Below, in pieces: positions 57,868 through 64,000 of a stretch of DNA of 64,000 nt. The stretch comes from Octopus vulgaris (Eukaryota). The first letter of the stretch is position 1, and each line of letters opens with the position of its first letter. The stretch covers positions 48,484,001 to 48,548,000 of the forward strand of contig OX597824.1 of NCBI GenBank assembly GCA_951406725.2. Direction: 5' to 3'. A program made the position numbers and the translations under genes. The notes below the pieces were generated by a model. That model was not told where the DNA came from. It did not search any database and saw only the letters and a list, made by a program, of their open reading frames with translations.

Positions 57868-58075
57868 CACATTTTCTCTGCATTATATGTATGTATCTCT
57901 CACTTGTTTCCACCATTAAACTGCAGCCATGCTGGGACACTAACTTCAAAGACCTTTGCCGATCATATGGACGTCGGTACTTATTCTTGTGTCTTACTTA
58001 TTTTATCGATATGTATTTATCGAATGCTTTACTTTTTAGGGGCGTGAAACGTAACTTACAGGTTTGTCAGAACTC

Positions 58076-58120
<45 letters not shown>

Positions 58121-58414
58121 TGTGTGCGTGCGTCTGTGTGAGCAAGTGTGCTCATGAGTGTGTGCTCGTGTATATGTAGGGGAAGGTGCATGTATTTTAA
58201 TACTGAAGATGGTAATATTTCAGTGATCTAAGTTCCAATTTCAATATCCAGGCCCCAAATTACATTCATTTGTTTCCTTGATAGCCTTACAAATATGGAA
58301 ATGTACCAGCATCACAGGATTCTCTTTCACCTAGCAATAAATATGGCACTTGACAATCATGGAAAAATAACTTCCATATACAAATAATACTTTTGAAATA
58401 ATATTGAGATAATA

Positions 58415-58830
58415 TTGGTTTCTAATTTTAGCGCAAGGCATCGAGTTTGCGGGGAGAGTTAAGTCGATTACATCGATCCTAGTCTTTGACTGGTAGTTAT
58501 TTTGTCGAGCCCGAAAGGTTGAAAGGCAAAGCTAACCTCAGCGGAATTTGAACTGAGAACGTGTAAACGGACGAAATGCCCCTAAGCATTTCGTCCGGCG
58601 TGCTAACGATTCTGCCAGCATGCAATCTTAAAAAAAATAAAGATCTTTACCGAGTCATATAGACTCTTAAGGCCGGTTTCCTGTTTCCCGGTTTTCGTGT
58701 TGTGTATATTCCCCACCTGGAAAGGACGCCTTCCAGGTGTTGTAAAATCACTCATTTCGGTGAGCTGAGTAGATTAGAGCAACGTAAAATGAAATGTTTT
58801 GCTCAAGAACAAAACGCGTCGTCCGGTCCA
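58415..58830 (-). mobile_element. SINE family B plus an adjacent SINE of another family
   Basis: 58415-58625 carries the family B core; 58640-58830 resembles 29000-29190. Confidence 0.7.
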
Positions 58831-59644
58831 GGAATAACATTGAAATAATATTGAAATAATATTGAAAATTAAATACGAATAAGCAAAAATCAGTTTTAAT
58901 TCACATCTTTACTAATTTCTTACTTCTTTCTTATAACACAATCGACAGACAAAGCCGTGTGCAATTCAGCAGACAGTTACCACTACAGAGTCTCTTGGAG
59001 ATTTTTGCTGTTATTCTTGTAGCGTTTCGTATTTTTACGTTCTGAGTTCATATCCCATCAGAGCCAATAAAACAATGCTCCGGTCAAATACTGGCTATGT
59101 CCCATATCATTGACATTTTGCCTAAATTAGTAATTATTAAGTGCGTTGGATTGGCTGAATCATGAGAAAGTCAATCAAATCGCTTGCAGTATTTAATCAC
59201 GGTTCTTTATTTTCTGTGTTCAGAAAGCATAGCAAAGAGAAGTCCTAAAAACAATGCCACTACTTTTTGACAGCCTCGATAATCGCATTATTCTCATTCT
59301 CGTGATAAAAAATGCGGCTGGTGAGTTTTTAAAAAAAATGATTCTGTATGATTTCTATCAAAACCATTCTCTTACGATCGAGAAAAGGTTACTGGAATAA
59401 AAATTGTTTTATTAAGAGTAGCTACGATGGCAACTCGATATACTAAACAATGTAAGTTCGTCTACTTTTAACCTTGACAGACGCCAAAATAGCTGGTGGG
59501 GACGGTTAAGATATTGAATACTGTTACAGTTTCGTAATTATGAGAGCGAAATCTGAGCATTGAATAAAAGTTTTTTTTCTTTTATTCAGAGAACGAGAAA
59601 CAAAGAAGCGAGATATAAGAAGCGAATAGATCCGTAATACGCGA

Positions 59645-62480
59645 TCCTAGGGCCATCTTCGGTCATGGCTGACCATGGGTATCACGTCCGTCCATCTATT
59701 GTCGAGGTTGGGCTTGAGCAGTGCTTCCTGTGGCTATGGAGACCAATGCGAGAATAACAGTCTCGGTCGCATAGATCGCATCTCTGTGTGGATTCTGGTC
59801 TGTCGGCTGTTGATCCCTTACATCGTGCTCGCTTTTCTGCATTGGCTGCCTTGCCAATTCTCTTGTCGATCTCAGCATCGAGAGAGAGGTTTTCAGTGAT
59901 GGTGGACCCAAGGTAGGTGAATTGATGAACAACTTCAAGTTCGTAGTCATCAATGGTGACGGCTGGTTGTGCTGGTGTGCCTTGCGCCAGGACGTTTGTC
60001 TTCTTCGGGCTGATGGTCAGTCCAAAGTCCTTGCAGGCCTGGGAGAAGCGGTCGATTAGCAGCTGCAGCTATCGCTGGGAGTGGATCATAACTGCGGCGT
60101 CGTCAACAAATAGAATGTCTCCGATGACAGCTTCACAGATCTTTGTACTAGCTTTTAGGCGGGCGAGATTGAAGAGCTTGCCATCTGATCTGGTCCTTCT
60201 TGTGCTGTGCCTAAAGTGCGTCTCAGAATGAGAGAGAAGATCCCAAAGAGCGTTGGGGCGAGCACACAGCCTTACTTGACTCTGCTGCCTATGTCGAAAG
60301 GTTCAGAGAGGTTGCCATTGAACTGCACAGTCCCCTTCATATTTGAGTGAAAGGACTCAATTAAGCTGTACAGTCTTGGAGGGCAGCCAATCTTATGGAG
60401 AGGCTTGAAGGGGCCGTCTCTGCTGACGAGGTCGAAGGCCTTGGTGAGGTCGATGAATGCTGCTCCCTGTACTTCTCCTGGAGTTGACGAAGGGAGAAGA
60501 TCATGTCTACAATGGACCTTTCAGCTTGGAAGCTGCACTGTGATTCTGAGTAGACATGCTCAGCCAACTTTTGCAGACGGGTCAGAAGTATCCGGGCGAA
60601 GACTTGCCAACGATGTTGAGGAGGAAGATGGCCCTATAGTCGTTACAGTCGCTTCTTTCGCACTTGTTCTTGTACAGGGTATCTATCTTTGCATCTCTCA
60701 TGTCTTGCGGTACAGTTCCCTCTCTTCAGTACTGGCAGAGGACTTCGTGCAAAGGCTGCAGTAGGGTAATCTTGCAGCGCTTTGTGAGATCTGGTGGGAT
60801 GATATCACCGCCTGGAGCTTTGTCTGCTGCTAGGCTGTTGATGGCCTTGCTGAGCTCATACATGGTTGGCTCTGCATCGAGCTCTTCCATGACCGGCATA
60901 CTCTCGATGGCTTCAAGGGCTGAAGAGGTCACTGTGTTCTCTCTGGAATAGAGATCAGAATAATGCTCCACCCATCTGTCCATTTGTCGGCCTTGATCAG
61001 TAATGACTGCTCCAGTGAGGGATTTGAGGGGAGCCGTCTTCTTCTGAGTTGGTCCCAGCACCCTCTTGATGCCACTGTACGTCCTTCTGATGTCGCCAGT
61101 TGCGGCGGTCATATGGATCGACTCGCTGAGCTCTGTCTAGTACTCAATGTCGCAGCGCCTGGCAGTCTGCTGAACCTTGCTCCTGGCAGTCCTCAGAATC
61201 TGCAGGTTCCTCTTAGTGGGTGACCGCTTGTATTCCGCCAGTGCGCCTCGTTTGGCTTCAATTACAGGAGTCATCTCTAGCGACTTGGCCTCGAACCAGT
61301 CACATGACTTTGAGGTGTTCTTTCCGAAGATAGACAAAGCTGTGCGATGGATTGTGTCGCATAGAGTTTCCCATCTCTGTGGCAGTATCTCTGGACTGTG
61401 CTGCATTACACTCCTCTCCAAAAGCCTCTGCAAACTGTTCTACAAGGTCGGGCTGAGACATCTTGTTGACATCGATGTGTGGGGTCCTCGATTTCTTTGC
61501 ACGGTGGAACTTTTGGGGTTGTAGCCTGATCTTACAGCACACCAAGGAGTGGCCTGTGTCGCAGTCTGCGCTGTGGTAAGATCGCGTGTGGAGTACACAC
61601 TTGTTGGTGGCACGCCTGACCAGGATCAGATCCAATTGGTGCCAATGCTTTGAGCATGGATGTCTCCAAGACACTTTGTGCTGGGGCTTGGTCTTGAAGA
61701 AGGAGTTGGTGATGCACAGGTCGTGAAAGGTGCAGAGCTCGAGCAATCGCTGTCCGTTCTCGTTCGATATCGACGTTCAGCCCCTTGAGCCCCTCGTTGA
61801 TGACTGCTGTTTTCCTAACGTCAATGATGTCCTAAAGGTTCTGGGAGAAGCCAGGCATCATTGTCCGGACATTCCAAGATCCCAGTTTTAGAGCTGGTCC
61901 CTTTTTGTTAGCTTTTCTGTTTTGCCTGATGCGATAGTTGACGATCTGCTTGTCGGATGTTCTCCTTATCCCCATGAACCTAATGAGGAAAGCAAGCCGT
62001 GACGGGACAACGCCTTACTGGCTGGGGTCTGCCTAACTTAAGGCGGGTGGTAGGTGTCCAATGAGACTCGAAGATCTCTCCCACCGTCGGAAGCAACCCC
62101 TAGCGCCGCACTCTACTCCAATTGAGTAAAGGTTTATAATCGGTATCAGCTGCTTCTCGTGTTGTGTCGACACCAAATAAATGGCGAGTCTGGACAATGT
62201 AGTATGGAGAACATGCTGTTTCCCATGCAATGTGGTCGCAGGGGCTGCCAAGGCGAAGTTGAAGTCAACATCGAGCTGCCTGATTTTTCCTCGAGGTTTA
62301 CTCCTGAAGCCTTTCCCGTGGTCAGGTTTGAAATCAGGGTTTCCTTTCCCCTAGGTGGGCTGTCCTCCTGGGTTGACGAGCCCCACCTGCCTGAAGCAAC
62401 TGGTTATGAGGCGCCATATACCTGCCTTTGCTCCTTCTCCTGTCAGTGGTCGTAGTTCCGCCGAGCTTTGAGGCTAAGCT
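59645..62480 (-). mobile_element. RTE-clade LINE with 5' UTR, internally deleted APE-RT and C-terminal zinc finger
   Basis: LKLGSWNVRTM, LCITNSFFKTKPQHKVSWRHP..HWHQLDLILV, KAPGGDIIP, SESQCSFQAERSIVDMIFSLRQLQEK, LFVDDAA, CDRDCYSRIGLHSHRKHC; the 5' UTR carries CTAGGGGAAAGGAAACCCTGATTTCAAACC. Confidence 0.93.
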
Positions 62481-62555
62481 GACAAACAATATATATACAA
62501 TTTAAAAACACAATATACAATATGTACACACACATGCTAAAATACAATATCTACA

Positions 62556-62627
<72 letters not shown>

Positions 62628-63458
62628 ACACACAAACACTCCACAAACACACGTAGTTGAATGGCCTTGACTACGTTGTGGTTCGTCCGCCCTTTGACGG
62701 GTCTTATTTTTTGTCCCGCAGGATGTTCAACAACCACCTCACCAAACAAGCCTGGTGGGGTTGCCAGTTTAGTTGCCGACGACCCGACCATAGAGCAGGC
62801 TGTACTGGACTACATGGTACCAATAGCACTCAAGAGCGATATGGATTGTTTATTAGTAATAGGCACGCGTAGTTTTTGAAAATACGTTAAATGTGTGGGA
62901 CCAAAACAAAATTAATTGAGGTAAATTCAATAACCAGGAACGTCATCACATTCATCGCCATTTAATGCTGTATTAGAATTTAACATTTATCTTTATATTA
63001 AAAACTTGTACGGTTATTTAGTGTTGTATATGAATATTTGATTTATGAACAAATTTTAATAGTTTAAATGAATTTCCTCATTTTCAAATTTGGCATTAAC
63101 ATGTATGCTGAAGTCATTTAAATAGGCATAAGTGTCTTTTATTTCAGACTATGGTCGTCTATAATTAGTCGGAAGCACCTCGTTAGTAAGACTCAAACTG
63201 AAACATTTCAACCGAAGCAGTTAACAGTGTTCCTCAAAAACAGTCATTTATTATCGAACCGTTGCGCAATTGAATGGTACTGGCTGCGAATATCGGTAGA
63301 ACTAAATAATTTGTAAGAAAATATTTTACTAAGTAAATCGTCGAAGAGAGAAATCAATAAGTGAAACAATTAATTTAAATCAATTTATTTGTTTTTAATC
63401 CAGACGTTTCTGTATCGTATTAACAGGTTCTTTTATATTGATTTTATTGACGATTTGA

Positions 63459-63499
<41 letters not shown>

Positions 63500-63560
63500 T
63501 ATGTTTGTGTAAGTGTTTGCGTATGTGTGTGTATGTGTGTACATTCTTACCCCACGACGG

Positions 63561-63592
<32 letters not shown>

Positions 63593-64000
63593 GAAATTTA
63601 AGCATTGCATCCTGTAATGCAGAAACAAATTATATTCGTAGATACTGTGTGCGTGTGTTTGCGATCTTTTTTTGTTTTGTTTTTTGCTCCTTTTCTTTCG
63701 CCTGAGTTTAGACCTTAATAACAAAATTTGAAATTTGAACAGGTTTGAAAGCCAAATATCAGTTAACAGGACATTGTTTCATTATTATTTCTAACTTTTC
63801 AATCTAAAATATCTTTAAAAAATTCTGTGTCAAGGAATGAAAACGGGACATAAAATGGTTGAGTAAACGGATGCATAGATGAGCAATAGTATTGAAAATC
63901 TTCCCGCCATTCAGATTGGAGATAAATTGTTAGCAAAATTCCTTCCTTTTATTTCAAGACGATAACGTTTGATTTAAAAGAAAACAGTAAGCAAAAATCA

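Overview
This is eukaryotic, AT-rich, repeat-saturated DNA, most likely an intron or intergenic tract of a coleoid cephalopod (Octopus-like). That assignment is inferred from the SINE, LINE and microsatellite repertoire, not from a database search. No complete host gene, rRNA, tRNA gene or CRISPR array is visible, and most ORF-track entries are translated microsatellites. The window holds at least four tRNA-derived SINE families; a nested pile of R4/Dong-clade LINE fragments in (TAA)n tracts (6.4-19.8 kb); RTE and Tx1-like LINE remnants; one mariner, two Tc1 elements and several MITEs; and a Penelope-like (GIY-YIG) element. The main unexpected signal is a set of hammerhead ribozyme motifs in short Penelope-type terminal fragments lodged in (TA)n runs. 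One has an intact core (26049-26128). Two fold-back palindromes have junctions that map to the hammerhead core or its predicted cleavage site. Also present are a TAA-flanked ~545-bp non-coding element, a near-complete fold-back MITE, a CpG-rich E2F/NF-Y/CRE promoter-like island (~51.6-51.9 kb) and two candidate orphan exons. Coordinates were read by eye and ends of decayed repeats are approximate.
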